Part shown: one piece after another, positions 63,399 to 64,000 of the stretch | How positions within the stretch are numbered: position 1 is the stretch's first letter | Layout: every line of letters starts with the position of its first letter | NCBI GenBank assembly: GCA_028722305.1 | Contig: JAQYHB010000019.1 | Coordinates: 21,421 to 85,420, forward strand | DNA: 64,000 bases | Source of the DNA: Spirochaetales bacterium | Lineage (GTDB): Bacteria > Spirochaetota > Spirochaetia > Sphaerochaetales > Sphaerochaetaceae | Direction of reading: 5' to 3' | Notes under the pieces: model-generated | Told to the model about the DNA's origin: nothing | Seen by the model: only the letters and a program-made list of their open reading frames with translations | Database searches by the model: none | Translations under genes and position numbers: made by a program

Positions 63399-64000
63399 TT
63401 ACCGGGACCCCTCGTCGAGCAGCTCCTGCGCGGCGCTTTTCAGGGTCTGGTAGGCTTTAGCCGGTTCCACCCCCTCAAGCATGACGCGCTCCACCGCACG
63501 GGCAATCAGGTCCTGCATGGCGCTGGAGACCGGCCCCGAATAGGCAGGCTTGCTCGTCTTCATGTCGTCGATGAAGACCTGATGGTAGGGCACCACCTCC
63601 AAGGATGGGGAATCCAGCATCAGTTTTGTGGGCATCAGCAACCCTGTCTCGGCAAGATACTCCTCACTATGGCGGAGCAGGAAACCAATGAAGGTCCAGG
63701 CGGCCTCGCGAGTAGCTTCTGGGGCACCTGCACCGACCATCAGATAATGGGCGTAGGTACAGGCGGAGACACGGCTGACCGCATGCTCGAACTGGGGGAA
63801 AGGCACCACCATCCACTCCCCCTTCAGAAAGAACGCGCTCTCGGCCTTGGCCATGCGCTGCTCCTGGTAGATGCCGCTCAGAGCCATGGCGGCAGTGGCG
63901 TCATCCCCGGCAAAACAGAAGCGGGCGTTCCGATAGGTAGGCGAACCAAGGTTCAGTCCATGGGGTCCCCATTGTTGCATGAAGGAAAGCAACCGCACCC
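63399..64000 (-). CDS. ABC transporter substrate-binding protein, C-terminal part; 5' end outside window
   Basis: The frame is open to the window edge. The C-terminal sequence is typical of sugar SBPs. The stop abuts the kinase stop (convergent). Confidence 0.85.
   Translation of the reverse strand, partial: VRLLSFMQQWGPHGLNLGSPTYRNARFCFAGDDATAAMALSGIYQEQRMAKAESAFFLKGEWMVVPFPQFEHAVSRVSACTYAHYLMVGAGAPEATREAAWTFIGFLLRHSEEYLAETGLLMPTKLMLDSPSLEVVPYHQVFIDDMKTSKPAYSGPVSSAMQDLIARAVERVMLEGVEPAKAYQTLKSAAQELLDEGSR

Noticed and set aside
1-64000. CRISPR arrays, rRNA genes, additional tRNAs, prophage structural genes
   Set aside because: No regularly spaced direct repeats with unique spacers were seen. 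There were no rRNA-like conserved stretches, and no further cloverleaf candidates in intergenic regions. A by-eye scan can miss small RNAs.

Overview
64-kb chromosomal window from a G+C-rich, apparently diderm, strongly saccharolytic bacterium. Genes are roughly 60% GC by eye, and the taxon cannot be assigned from sequence alone. I count about 55 credible protein genes and one tRNA. All functional calls come from motif recognition by eye, not database searches.

Left to right:
- The tail of an RND efflux operon: MFP fragment, AcrB-like permease and a translationally coupled small P-II-like ORF.
- A membrane-anchored ankyrin-repeat protein, then xylulokinase.
- A ~3-kb stretch (7.1-10.1 kb) with no credible gene. 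It carries dense ATACGY/GTATAC palindrome arrays and stop-poor, decayed-looking frames.
- A ~15-kb sugar/sugar-acid locus: GH4 hydrolase, AraC-type response regulator, amidohydrolase, IlvD/Edd-family dehydratase, ABC sugar importer, GntR regulator, split transketolase, SDR and a lone YesM-type kinase. A low-GC patch holding a truncated kinase gene interrupts it.
- GH20 hexosaminidase; yhhQ with an overlapping non-canonical radical-SAM gene; yhbY; an acyl-CoA ligase.
- A coupled folC-thpR-methyltransferase-helical protein string.
- A TlpA-like thioredoxin plus a membrane polyferredoxin with an apparent frame problem at its 5' end.
- M20 peptidase, GH13 alpha-glucosidase and a HAD hydrolase.
- A ~4-kb low-GC island with decayed AAA-ATPase/RloB-like genes and a nitroreductase-Rrf2-MDR oxidoreductase operon. 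It is bracketed by the HAD 3' end and a diverged copy of that end.
- tRNA-Val(CAC) with an unusual T-loop, then an orphan ParA + RHH module.
- An ACT/UPF0210 pair, an MFS transporter, prfA-prmC-rel, a TetR regulator and a secreted repeat protein.
- The leuA-leuC-leuD-leuB-ilvD operon, then a second AraC-RR/YesM-kinase pair with an ABC binding protein.

No CRISPR array, rRNA, intact transposase or integrase was seen.

Most interesting:
- the repeat arrays and gene desert at 7.1-10.1 kb;
- the same motif recurring in the parA promoter and at both island junctions;
- the bracketed low-GC island;
- the yhhQ/radical-SAM pair.
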